Shown here one piece after another: positions 51,923 through 62,069 of a DNA stretch of 64,000 nt. The notes under the pieces were generated by a model that saw nothing but the letters and a program-made list of their open reading frames with translations, made no database searches and was not told the origin of the DNA. How positions within the stretch are numbered: the stretch's first letter is position 1; the number at the start of each line of letters is the position of its first letter. The DNA comes from a virus (Duplodnaviria > Caudoviricetes), in IMG/VR virus record IMGVR_UViG_3300031555_004294, positions 235,071 to 299,070 of that record; one strand, written 5' to 3'. The position numbers and the translations under genes were made by a program.

Positions 51923-52200
51923 GCAAGCGAATTGTTTATAATGTCTTAAGCATGAAACCCTTTGTTTAAGAGCTATAGACGAGTGTAGATTATTTTAAAT
52001 TTGACATTTTGTTAATGTTTCTCGCACAATTTTCAAATTTAAAGTAGGGTGATCGTGTAAACTCATGTCTATATTACCTTGCTGAATAATTGTTCCTTAA
52101 CAAGAACAATTGGTCGTAAAAATAATTGTGGTGTTTGTATTTTTACGCTTTTTTGGGGAGCGTGGGTTTTGATTTTTTCTTCTTTTTTTTTATCCTTTTG
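51923..52200 (+). ncRNA. Candidate structured non-coding RNA
   Basis: Region without a long ORF, containing a long interrupted hairpin (51974-52073) and two further hairpins (52088-52111, 52115-52147). Confidence 0.4.
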
Positions 52201-52210
52201 AATAAAAACA

Positions 52211-52242
52211 TGAGAGTAACTACCATATGGTAGTTACTCTCA
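52211..52242. terminator. Perfect 32-bp palindrome between convergent units
   Basis: TGAGAGTAACTACCATATGGTAGTTACTCTCA. Confidence 0.6.
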
Positions 52243-52251
52243 AACCTTTAC

Positions 52252-52407
52252 TTACTTTTCAGATTTAGTTTTATAGTTGTCACTAAAGTTAAAGGAAGCC
52301 AAAGTACCATCTTCAGTAATTACACTACTGTAATCTTCTTTTTTAGTTTGTCTTCTCTTTCTTTCTTCCTCTTCTTGTAACTTCTTACGTCTTTCTAATT
52401 CAGTCAT
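52252..52407 (-). CDS. Small 51-aa protein missed by the ORF track (MTELERRKKLQEEEE...)
   Basis: RBS AAGGAGG, ATG at 52407, TAA at 52252-52254. Confidence 0.6.
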   Translation of the reverse strand: MTELERRKKLQEEEERKRRQTKKEDYSSVITEDGTLASFNFSDNYKTKSEK

Positions 52408-52421
52408 TTTTATACCCTCCT

Positions 52422-54755
52422 TTAATCAAATTTTTTGGTTATAGATTTACCTTTATACTTACCTTTTTTATAAAACTCTAAGTATTCCTTCAATGTATGA
52501 ACTTTATTATCATGACTTCCAATATACACGTCAATATGTCCATCAGCTGGTATGTTCCAATACTCTTTTTCACCATGAATGTGAGCATGTACATTTATCT
52601 TATCTCTTGGATGTACTGGACAATGTGAGAAGATATATTTGTCAGTTTCTATAATGTCTGTGACAAATGTAAATCCCATATCATAGTAATCTTTAAGATT
52701 TAGATTGTCATGATTACCTAAAAGCAATATTTTCTTACTAACATTCAGTTTACTAACGAAATCTGAAATGTATTCTTTCTGTAATTGACCTTTATTTCCA
52801 ATGTCACCACAAATCATCAATGTTCCATCAATTGGAACTTTAGCATTGATCTCACTAATCATTAGATTTGCAAAATTAGCAGAATTACGATTCTTGTGGT
52901 TTAAATGTAAATCTGCAGTGATAAACATGTCTTCATTGATATATGGTAGAACTAGTTCTTTTCTAGTTTGATCTTCATATTCGTTATCATTTAACTTGAT
53001 GAAGTAGCAACCATTATTATCATTGTGACACGTATATCTATCAACACCAACTATAACATCTGTAGATTGATCCTTGTAATCTACTATTTCACTGTCAGGT
53101 GCTGCAGATCCATCAATGTCTTCAAACAAAATAGTTTCTTCTAGTAATTTAGCTCCACGTTTTCTCAAGATAGTGTTAAGCCTCTCAAGATACTTACCAT
53201 AGGAATTCGTAGTGTATTCCATTACTGCACAAAGTAAAGTCTTAGTAGGTTCTTTACTGTATTCTGAATCCACAATACCAATTACATATTCGTACTGTGT
53301 GGAATTTTTAGTTTCTAAGATTTCGATAAAGTATGATACTAGATTCGATCTCTTATACCAAGCTGTTACTTTGATAAGAGCATCTGTATTTTTAAACTTG
53401 TCAAGTTCCTTTGTATCTACTTTTAATTCTTTTGCTAAATCTTTCAATGAAATGCTCTTATGAGATAACTTTGAAACATCTAAACATTGGTCATAAGCTT
53501 TTCTATACTCTTTGATCGCTTTGTCAATCTTATAATTAGCAGACTCTTTGATACGTTTAGCTACAAACTTACCAATTTTGAAAGGTAAAGAAACTACGAA
53601 TTTGATAACATCCCAGATTATGGCTCCTACAACACCTGAACCTTCATTGATTGCATCTTCATCTTCCATCATAGCTTGAGGTTTCTTGATTGTACTAGTT
53701 GAGTTTTTATCTCTGTCAACTTCACTTCTAGCTACATCAACAGGTTCTGTAAAACCCTTGTTATCTGTCTCGGAACATACAAAAAAACTGTCATTTTGCT
53801 CAAAAAACTCATCGTAATCGAACATATTAGGACATTTTTTGGCAAGTATCTTGGAAGTATTTACTACATAAGGTTTTCTTATAGTTTGTCCAGCTAATGG
53901 AACAACACATGCAACGCCAGCAACAGATGCTTCTAACATGGAATTTAAGTAATCTTCAGTTTCAGTTACAATATCCTTGTTTGATAGTAGTTTTTCAACA
54001 CATAAATCTAGTTCTTCGTTAATAGTTTCAACATTTAGTTCAAAACTTTCATTTAAACCAGCTTTTCTAGTCATCAGTATTTTTCCACCAATGTCTTTAC
54101 CCTTTACAAAACCATTGTTTTCAAAAAAAGATTGTAAACGAGTATCTTCAGTCTTTATAAATGTAACTGACGCTAACCTACCAATCTCAGTATTTAGTAA
54201 TTTACTACCAATTCCTTGATGTCTATAAATAGGATTAACTTCAATGTTCTTAAGGTAACCTGTTTTACTATCAATTCTGATATGACCTGCAACTTGATCA
54301 TTCTTGTCAACTAAAATAATACCTTTGGTTTCTGGCTTGATATTTAAAACAGATAGTTCTTTAAAGTCTTCTCCATATTTCTGTATGTTTTCCTCGTTTA
54401 AAGGATACTGATAGAACTCAACAAAAGATAACATAGAACTACTTTCAATGAGTTCTTTACGTTTGCTATTTTTATTGAAAACTTCTTTTTGCTGAGTTGT
54501 TGTCAAATATTTAAATACTAATGCTTTTTCTGAAATTTCTACATCAAATCTCTTAGCTGCTTTGTAAATGTTACTTGCTAGTTCTTTTCTATTACTTTCA
54601 GAACAATGATTAAACATCTGTATTGCTTTTCTTACATGTTCTGCATCATGTAAAGGATATTGTCTGGTTTTTGGCAGTCCAAAGCTAGAATCTGGTAATT
54701 TATCTCGTTCACTCTTTACTAACTCTGATTCAGTGTAAATGTTATAGAGATTCAA
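52422..54755 (-). CDS. Multidomain late protein: DUF6582-like, GNAT acetyltransferase and calcineurin-like phosphoesterase
   Basis: RDKLPDSSFGLP...YPLHDAEHVRKA; IEVNPIYRHQGIGSKLL; DLH, GD, GNHD, HAHIH. Confidence 0.75.
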   Translation of the reverse strand: MNLYNIYTESELVKSERDKLPDSSFGLPKTRQYPLHDAEHVRKAIQMFNHCSESNRKELASNIYKAAKRFDVEISEKALVFKYLTTTQQKEVFNKNSKRKELIESSSMLSFVEFYQYPLNEENIQKYGEDFKELSVLNIKPETKGIILVDKNDQVAGHIRIDSKTGYLKNIEVNPIYRHQGIGSKLLNTEIGRLASVTFIKTEDTRLQSFFENNGFVKGKDIGGKILMTRKAGLNESFELNVETINEELDLCVEKLLSNKDIVTETEDYLNSMLEASVAGVACVVPLAGQTIRKPYVVNTSKILAKKCPNMFDYDEFFEQNDSFFVCSETDNKGFTEPVDVARSEVDRDKNSTSTIKKPQAMMEDEDAINEGSGVVGAIIWDVIKFVVSLPFKIGKFVAKRIKESANYKIDKAIKEYRKAYDQCLDVSKLSHKSISLKDLAKELKVDTKELDKFKNTDALIKVTAWYKRSNLVSYFIEILETKNSTQYEYVIGIVDSEYSKEPTKTLLCAVMEYTTNSYGKYLERLNTILRKRGAKLLEETILFEDIDGSAAPDSEIVDYKDQSTDVIVGVDRYTCHNDNNGCYFIKLNDNEYEDQTRKELVLPYINEDMFITADLHLNHKNRNSANFANLMISEINAKVPIDGTLMICGDIGNKGQLQKEYISDFVSKLNVSKKILLLGNHDNLNLKDYYDMGFTFVTDIIETDKYIFSHCPVHPRDKINVHAHIHGEKEYWNIPADGHIDVYIGSHDNKVHTLKEYLEFYKKGKYKGKSITKKFD

Positions 54756-54866
54756 ATTGTCACCTTCTTCCTTTTTCGTTTTTTATAATGAATTGTTTCA
54801 GGAAGAAATCTCATTCTTAGTAAAAAAAGATACTAGTTTCTTGTAAAACTAGTATCTTTTAATTTT

Positions 54867-56594
54867 TTAAGACTTGGAAATTGAAATGGAAAGGTTACCA
54901 GAACCAATTTCTTCCATTCTAGCCTTCAGGAAATTGATAACCGATTCAATGTTACCCTCATTGAAGGAGATATCCATATTGAGATTGTTGATGAAGCTAG
55001 TATCAACTTTAGTCTGCTTAACAACCTTTTCAGTCTTAGGCTTACTTTCTTCAACAATTTGAGTTTCAGTTGTTTCCTGAGTTTCCACCTTCTTCTTTCT
55101 AGTAGAAGGAATATTTTCTTTAACAACAACAGGCTCAGGGGCTTTTTGCTTAGTAGAAACAAACTCCCATCTAACACTACTATCTTCAGACAAGACAGGA
55201 TTGTTCATGGTCATCTTTTTAAGAGTGAAGAAGTAACTTCTAAAGGACTTCTTCTCGATCAAATCATCAATGACCTGAATCAATCTTTCATTGGAATCAA
55301 GTTCGAAACCATTTCTTTCAATCTCAGTCTTGAAGTCAAAGATAGAAATCCACTCATGATGATCATTGTAAAGACTCTTGATAACCTCACGAGTGATAGC
55401 AATCAAATCCTTAGTAGGAATTATCTTGCGATTATCTCTTTCAAAGTTCAAAACTTCTTCTTCGGTAAGATTGGTGATTCGAGTTTTCTTCTTGTAAAAA
55501 TTAATTGCTTGAGTGATGATCTTTTTACAGAAAGTTTCCCAATCCTCAGCAACCAAACCCTTTTGCTTGCTATAGGTTACATCAAAATATGTGTCAGCAA
55601 GAACCTTAAAGTTTTTCTCATTCAAACCGAACTCAGAATATCTATTCTGGGAGATAATGTCACCAACCAAGACTTGGCATTCTTCAAAAGTTTTAAACTT
55701 CTTGAAAGCTTCCTTAAGCTTTTCATGCTTATAGAAACAGAAAATCATATGTCTTGCTTGAAGCTTTCTCAAATATACTTCAGAAGGAATACCGAGAATC
55801 TTTTCGATCTCATGGTTCTTTAAAGAGTACAATAGAATAAGATCTGTCAATTTCTTAGTTCTTTCCTTCTCAGGAAGATTCAAGAATGTAATGATCGACA
55901 TATTCATCATCTGCTCTTTCCTACGTCTATTTTGTTCTTCAAAAGACATAACAGGAGGCGTATCGACCAATTTAGATTCGACGCCAATTACAAGTCTGCT
56001 TTCAGGATCTATAGTGGTGGTATACTCATATGTCTTATTTTTGTTCATAACTGTTTCCCCTTCTTTTTGTGTAATGATACTTTTTTCTTCTTCAGTTAGC
56101 ATAGAAAATGACTTGAATGTTTCAAGATTAGTGCTAGTAAAATTTTCCTTCTCGTTAACATCAAATGCATCGAGATAGAATATGAAAGCTTCATCAGTTA
56201 AACCGTAGTAAAATGCCAATGTTGGAACTGTATATTTACCAATTGCATTTATAAGTCTTTTCCTAATTTCCTTGTTAGAAACATTTTTTGACGAAATTAA
56301 AAAGTTTAGCTCATAGGCTAACTTATTATCTTCATCAAATATTGCAACATTATTTGCAATGAAAAACTTGTGAAGAGTAATTTTATTTTTCCGAAGTCCC
56401 CATTTTACAATTAACTCGTCAATTGTAAAAAGATTTCTAACCTTTTTCAGATACTCTTTTCGGTACTCTTCACTGAATTTTTTAGAGGTAAGCGTGTTGA
56501 ATGAAAGTAACGGATCGTTCTTACTTATAAGCTCGATAGGCTTATAAGTACTACCAATCGGTACCCCCATATTCTTCTTTTGTGCCTTTGCCAT
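54867..56594 (-). CDS. Hypothetical protein
   Basis: Long ORF with RBS AAGGAG; TATATATT upstream. Confidence 0.6.
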   Translation of the reverse strand: MAKAQKKNMGVPIGSTYKPIELISKNDPLLSFNTLTSKKFSEEYRKEYLKKVRNLFTIDELIVKWGLRKNKITLHKFFIANNVAIFDEDNKLAYELNFLISSKNVSNKEIRKRLINAIGKYTVPTLAFYYGLTDEAFIFYLDAFDVNEKENFTSTNLETFKSFSMLTEEEKSIITQKEGETVMNKNKTYEYTTTIDPESRLVIGVESKLVDTPPVMSFEEQNRRRKEQMMNMSIITFLNLPEKERTKKLTDLILLYSLKNHEIEKILGIPSEVYLRKLQARHMIFCFYKHEKLKEAFKKFKTFEECQVLVGDIISQNRYSEFGLNEKNFKVLADTYFDVTYSKQKGLVAEDWETFCKKIITQAINFYKKKTRITNLTEEEVLNFERDNRKIIPTKDLIAITREVIKSLYNDHHEWISIFDFKTEIERNGFELDSNERLIQVIDDLIEKKSFRSYFFTLKKMTMNNPVLSEDSSVRWEFVSTKQKAPEPVVVKENIPSTRKKKVETQETTETQIVEESKPKTEKVVKQTKVDTSFINNLNMDISFNEGNIESVINFLKARMEEIGSGNLSISISKS

Positions 56595-56727
56595 ATGTAT
56601 CTCCTTGTTAAAAATATTATGTACAATTTTTTCTCTCTCATGTACTTATAAAAAGAATATATAAATAAAATTTCGTTTAAAACGATTTGCTCTATATAGG
56701 CAGTATCACCTATATAGAGCAAAAATT

Positions 56728-58206
56728 TTATCTTTCTGTCTTGTCAGATATTTTTTCAGATGTAGAAACACGACGTCTCTTTTCATCTTCAGTTCTACGT
56801 AATTCTAAGCCAGGAGTAACTAAGTCAGACATTAAACCTGAACCTATCATGAATACATCTACTGTATTTAAAGTATGCTTGTTAGCAAGATCATCATCAA
56901 TATTTTCTAATGAGCAATAACCTTGTTGTGCTATTTGACGATATAATTGAGTTTTAGCCACACTATCGTCACCACGTGGACCAAGCATTTCTTTCATACC
57001 ATCCTCGATTTCCCAAACTGAAGCTGCAAAGTTTTCTGCTTCTGTAAGTCGCATGGTTTTAATGTAAAGTCGTTAATTTTACATCGTTATGCTACATTCT
57101 TAAATGTAGATAAGACTATATCTTTGTCATCTTAAATGACACTATTGTTTTGAATGCACTAACATTCTAAATTAGTCGTTGAACTAGTAATCACTAGCTG
57201 CTGATTGTATTTTATACGTTCCAGCATTTAAAATAAGTTTTGGTGACCCAGTTCTTAAGCCACCTTATCGTCACCCGTGAGCTGATTTGTACGTAGATTA
57301 CGAGAGTCTATTGTTAGACTATACGAGTTCTTCTTCATAAGCATCTGCTGTAATCTTTTGATTATGATATCCATATTTTGTATGTGTAGTTCATTAATCT
57401 ACACTATTCTTTACATCTCTGTAAAGAGAAGACTATATCTTAAGAAACATTTTTGTTTCTTTTTTCCAATTACACTCTCATTTGAGAGTTACTATAGTCG
57501 TTGAACTAAGAAATAAAACTAAACAAAAAAAAAAGCCCACCTGTAAGAGCTTTTTAAAAATGGAATTTACTATTGTAGAAAGGATAAAACCAATAGCACC
57601 ATCCCCTTGACTAAACGGACCATTTTTTTTTTCTCACGTTTGTTCTGAAGTGCAAGAACAATGTTCTCAGGGTTTTTAGAACATTTTGTCGGAAATACTT
57701 ATGAACAACAATACACAACGCCTATACATTTTACAATGTACTAAGAAAAAATATATATTTGAAAGCGAGTTTAAATTTTGTTTAGTTTTAGTTTTTAGCT
57801 GCTGATTAACTTTGCATCATCAAAGTACTTTCAGCAATTAAGGAAATTTTATTTTAGTTGAACACACACAATTCTATCCAACTGGTACTTTGTACTTACT
57901 TCTAATAGGATTATCAATGTTACCATTGTCTCGATAATAAATGTATTCATCCAATGGTACATCTAAATATTCACCAGCTTCCATAAGATCATCTAACTTA
58001 GGTTCATTTTTGTAAGGTAAGATTTCCATATAGAAATTTTCTTCTGGATCTGCTAAGAAAGTTTTAGCCCATTTAGCAAATTGGTCGTCATTCATTGACT
58101 TAAAAAAGTTTTTGTACTTGTCACCATTGATACAAGACTTGTCCATTTTGTTCATGGTTGTAATTATCATGGTTTCTATTTTTTTACGTTTTTCTGAAAC
58201 TGTCAA
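56728..58206 (-). CDS. RNAP beta C-terminal short subunit (probably virion RNAP); 3 exons 58206-57876, 57370-57258, 57051-56728; about 255 aa spliced
   Basis: Spliced frame reads VPVGYIIIKRLQQMLMKKNSYS...LTGDDKVARLTEAE...KEMLGPRGDD, aligning with RpoB GYMYMLKL...QRFGEME...QEMLTVKSDD; late promoter at 58240. Confidence 0.85.
57052..57257 (-). ncRNA. Group I intron 2 (206 nt, no ORF)
   Basis: P AAATGCTGGAA, Q AATCAGCAG, R GTTCAACGACTA, S AAGATATAGTCT; P1 GGTGGCT/GGTCACC with U-G at the splice site; terminal G. Confidence 0.9.
57371..57875 (-). ncRNA. Group I intron 1 (505 nt) with a non-coding insertion
   Basis: P AATTGCTGAAA, Q AATCAGCAG, R GTTCAACGACTA, S AAGATATAGTCT; P1 AGTTGGAT/GTTCAACT; terminal G. 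Confidence 0.9.
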
Positions 58207-58335
58207 AATTGTATTACACTCCCTTCTTATGATATAAATTATAGAATTGTTCTAGCACATATTTTCATTTTAACAGTTAAAACAAAAAATTATAATGAAT
58301 TCCCAATAAAATTTGTAAGGGAGGAGTGTTTAATT

Positions 58336-58935
58336 GTGAAGTATGAATTCATTCGTCTTACTGACGAGTTTAAAGAAAAACATGTTTTTTACAATGACAA
58401 TGGAAATAGATGTATCGATTTAACAGAACTTTTAGCAGAGAATACTAATCTACAACTTCCAGTTAGTGTTTTTATAAATGGTGTTATGCTAAAACAGACA
58501 TCTTTTACTTATAGTAAAAAAATAATCACTATTATGGAAGAAGTATATAATTTATCTGAACACGATAAAGATTCAAACTTTGAATTTTCCACTAACAGAA
58601 TTTATCTGATAATGGGTTCTTTCGATACAGTTAACAACGGTCTTATCAAACAGCATATTTGTAGGAATTTTGCAACATATGATGAGAATTCCATTATCAT
58701 TGATGAGAGTGGTTTTGAGTTTCCTGCACATGAGAATATCATAGGCATTGCTATCAATGGTGTCATTTATGGTTCTGAATGTTTTGAAGAACCTTCTTAT
58801 GGTATTGACCTAGGATTTACCGACGCTAATACTGGTAGGAAAATTTTAAAAGACAGGATTACATTTTTGGAACCATATTATAGACCTGATGAAAACGATG
58901 ACGTAAGTATTTTAGTTGTAGACAGAAAACTTTAA
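58336..58935 (+). CDS. Late structural protein (putative)
   Basis: Duplicated V.INGV motif; late promoter at 58281. Confidence 0.55.
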   Translation: MKYEFIRLTDEFKEKHVFYNDNGNRCIDLTELLAENTNLQLPVSVFINGVMLKQTSFTYSKKIITIMEEVYNLSEHDKDSNFEFSTNRIYLIMGSFDTVNNGLIKQHICRNFATYDENSIIIDESGFEFPAHENIIGIAINGVIYGSECFEEPSYGIDLGFTDANTGRKILKDRITFLEPYYRPDENDDVSILVVDRKL

Positions 58936-59016
58936 ACATAAAAGTACAATCAACGTAGGCAAATCAACAATTTTTGTTTAAAAGTTACCTTAACTTTTAG
59001 AAAGGTAGGTACAAGT

Positions 59017-60156
59017 ATGTCTAGTCTAATCAAACTAAAACAAATCAAAGATGGTATTGCGTTACAAAATGATGTCAATAACCTAAAAATCGCTGTTGGA
59101 GAAATTGATACTAAGATTGATGAACGTATAGAAGCGGCTAATCTTGCTTCTTCTGAAGAACTCAATTCGCATATCAATAATGAAAGCACTGCTAAACATG
59201 TTACTGCAGAGGACATTGTAAAATGGAATGCTGCTGCCGCTATTGTTGGTGATCTAACTGGAGGCGAAGAAGGCGGCTTGGGCAGTATTACTGACACCAT
59301 AAATGCCGCCATTGCAGACCATGCTGTTGAAGCAGATAACAAATATGCAACGAAAACAAATCATGAAGCGTTGTCTGATAGAGTTACTATTACCGAAACT
59401 AACATTGGTAAGAACTCTGAAGACATTCTTGCTCTTGATAATCGTGTTGGAACTCTTCCTGAAGGAACATCAGCTTCTAACATAGTTGCATACATTGACT
59501 TTAAGACTGAAACACTTACCAGTGCAATGCACTTTAGGGGTGTATCTACAACAGACCCTTCTACTGGCATTGTAACCGTTGAAAACGTAGCAGAATTTAT
59601 TAGTGGTGATGTTGTCATTTATGGCAATAAGGAATTTGTCTATGATGGATTTGTATGGAAAGAATTTGGTGATGAAACCATATATGCTATCAAAGGTGAA
59701 ATAGAAGATTCTGATATTGCTGCAAATGCTAACATAGCACAAAGTAAGATCAATGGTTTGACCGATACTTTGAATGCTAAAGCTACTGTAGAATCTGTTG
59801 AAGCCGTTCAAGGAGAAATCAATACTTTAAAGGGATCTGATACTGGTTCCATTAGAAGTATTGCTGAATCTGCGATTGAAAATAATGTTGAGAAATGTGT
59901 TACCAAAAGTATAGCATTTACTAGTATTACTAACAACCCTGTTGGAACTGAAGGAACATATACTGGTTTTACCGTTCCTTTAAATCCTGATACTGGTTAT
60001 ACAGTTGTAGGTGGAATAGTAAAAGTTATCGTCAATTCCATAAGCTATATAGCCAATAACGTAGCACCTGCAGCAACTAGTGTTACCGTAAATACTGGTT
60101 GGGAAGCTGAGGATGATGACGAGATTTACGTTGAGTTTTATGTAAAGAAATCCTAA
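59017..60156 (+). CDS. Tail-fibre-like structural protein
   Basis: HINNESTAKHVT, AMHFRG, FVYDGFVWKEFG, IAANANIAQSKINGL; coiled segments. Confidence 0.6.
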   Translation: MSSLIKLKQIKDGIALQNDVNNLKIAVGEIDTKIDERIEAANLASSEELNSHINNESTAKHVTAEDIVKWNAAAAIVGDLTGGEEGGLGSITDTINAAIADHAVEADNKYATKTNHEALSDRVTITETNIGKNSEDILALDNRVGTLPEGTSASNIVAYIDFKTETLTSAMHFRGVSTTDPSTGIVTVENVAEFISGDVVIYGNKEFVYDGFVWKEFGDETIYAIKGEIEDSDIAANANIAQSKINGLTDTLNAKATVESVEAVQGEINTLKGSDTGSIRSIAESAIENNVEKCVTKSIAFTSITNNPVGTEGTYTGFTVPLNPDTGYTVVGGIVKVIVNSISYIANNVAPAATSVTVNTGWEAEDDDEIYVEFYVKKS

Positions 60157-60231
60157 AAAGTTTCACATAAAGTAGTGAAGTTGCAATCTAATAAAAGAGG
60201 ATATACCCTATTTTGGGTATATCCTCGTTTT

Positions 60232-60606
60232 TTAAAATATACAATCCAGTAGCTGAACTGGTAGTTGGTAACTATCTATTAGTATTTCCTTGTTGTAGTA
60301 AAAGTTTTTAAGTTCAACACCATCTTTAAACAATATGTACTCATCTTCTATTCTCGCTATGCGACTTCCATTTAATACAAAAATGTCTTCAGAATACTGG
60401 ATGTCGTTATCTTTAGATATACAAAGATTATTATTTGGTGTTAGTTTTACTATTTCTAAGATTTTCCATAGTGGGAGCTTTAGTGTTATTTCAGATTTGT
60501 CAGAAAATCTAACAGTGTAAATATCATCATGCAAGTTTGTTAGCATTAGAAAATCTATATGTGCGATGTTCGATAAGCTATCTTTAAGTATTTTTTCGTC
60601 ATTCAT
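60232..60606 (-). CDS. Hypothetical protein, possibly LytTR-like
   Basis: VLNGSRIARIEDEYILFKDGVEL resembles a LytTR C-terminus. Confidence 0.35.
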   Translation of the reverse strand: MNDEKILKDSLSNIAHIDFLMLTNLHDDIYTVRFSDKSEITLKLPLWKILEIVKLTPNNNLCISKDNDIQYSEDIFVLNGSRIARIEDEYILFKDGVELKNFYYNKEILIDSYQLPVQLLDCIF

Positions 60607-60825
60607 GATTGTTAAAATTACATTTTCCTTTCTTTAAATTTTTTAACAAAAGACACCTAATTTTTTGTTATGACGATCCAATTAAAAAGATCTTAGATAT
60701 AATCCAATTATACAAAAAGAGAACAAATAAATAAGAAACTTGAAAAACATAAAGATTTTTCGTGTGAAACTAGATAAAATTTTTATAGTTAGATGGAAAA
60801 TTTTAAGAAAGGAATGGTAAAATAT

Positions 60826-61173
60826 ATGATTCGTACTAAACAAATAAACATGCCTGAACTATATGAAGCTCTTGATAGCAGATACAAGGTTCTAGACGTA
60901 TCTATTCCTAGTGCATGGAGTAAAGAAGAGAACGAAATTTACTATAAACAGAACGTAGCAATCAATGGAGCAACTATTACTTCAGACAGTAAAGTTGTCA
61001 TACAGACAAGATTTGATTTAAGCAAAACAGTTGAAGAGAATGCTGAAAATGAAGCTCTTTTCACTCACATAGTTAAGGCAACTCAAAATGATGATAACAC
61101 AATTACATTTTATAGCGAAACTGCAATGGAGTCTGCTTTAAATGTCTCAATCTTAGTTCTAGTTTTTGAGTAA
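60826..61173 (+). CDS. Tail-fibre-associated protein (putative)
   Basis: IPSAWS...YKQNVAINGAT...; start re-called to MIRTKQ; late promoter at 60722. Confidence 0.5.
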   Translation: MIRTKQINMPELYEALDSRYKVLDVSIPSAWSKEENEIYYKQNVAINGATITSDSKVVIQTRFDLSKTVEENAENEALFTHIVKATQNDDNTITFYSETAMESALNVSILVLVFE

Positions 61174-61223
61174 CTAAGAGATTTTATCCGAACGAAAATA
61201 CAAATAAGAAAGGATGATGAAGA

Positions 61224-62069
61224 ATGGATGCTATTTTAGTAAAAGGTATGAGTAGACCTGTCGATAGCACACCTACAAAAGATAGTACAAATTTAGTTAC
61301 ATCTGGTGGTGTTAAAGCAGCCCTAGATGAAGCTCAAGAAATCCATGTAGGTAGTGCTTCACCTACTGGTAAAGAAGTAATTTGGTTAGATCCTACTAGC
61401 AATCTTGCTAGTGTAAATTATGTTTTACTCGATGATGCTAGTCTAAATGTTAGTAATGCTGCTATGCGAGCTGGTAAAAGTACTGAAGAACAAGTTACTT
61501 CATTTAGTAGCATTTCTGATGCAATTAATGCTCTGCCTAAGAATTTAAATGGTTACAGTGCAACTATCAATGTAGCAGCTGGTACGTATAATGAAGATGT
61601 CGTAATTAATGGATTTACTGGAGGTAAGTTAATTCTTAAAGGTGAATCTGACGAGGTAAATATCAACAGATTAGAACTGGTAAACAACACATATGTAAGT
61701 GTTGAAGGTATTAGCCTTAATGTTTCTAGTATTTCTGCATTTAACAGTGTACTACATACAGATTCCAATATCACTGTAACTGGTGATGGTGCATCTACTG
61801 GAATTGAGTTATCCGATGTAAGTAGATTGTATACTGATGAAGGAGTTACTATTAGTATTGCTAATACAGGAGTTGCAGTCAAGGCTTCTTCTTTATCTAG
61901 TGCTTACATTAGTACTTTGGAAGGTACTAATAATATCGATGGTATTGTAGCAGATAGTGGTAGCAACGTTAGTGCTGGTATTGTAAACTTAGAAGCCAAT
62001 ATTCTTTATAGTGTGGCACATGGTTCTAAGGTATCTGTAGATGCACAACCTACTATCAACAACTATTAA
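61224..62069 (+). CDS. Tail fibre/spike-like protein with a beta-helix-like domain
   Basis: DSTPTKDSTNLVTSGGV; FSSISDAINALPK...INVAAGTYNE. Confidence 0.6.
   Translation: MDAILVKGMSRPVDSTPTKDSTNLVTSGGVKAALDEAQEIHVGSASPTGKEVIWLDPTSNLASVNYVLLDDASLNVSNAAMRAGKSTEEQVTSFSSISDAINALPKNLNGYSATINVAAGTYNEDVVINGFTGGKLILKGESDEVNINRLELVNNTYVSVEGISLNVSSISAFNSVLHTDSNITVTGDGASTGIELSDVSRLYTDEGVTISIANTGVAVKASSLSSAYISTLEGTNNIDGIVADSGSNVSAGIVNLEANILYSVAHGSKVSVDAQPTINNY

Noticed and set aside
56728-57054. ORFs 56728-57054 and 57874-58206 as independent genes
   Set aside because: They are exons; the ATG at 57054 is the end of intron 2 and the TAG at 57874 spans the 5' splice site
57874-57876. Stop-codon reassignment (TAG readthrough)
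   Set aside because: The interruption is explained by the intron; long genes elsewhere are intact under the standard code
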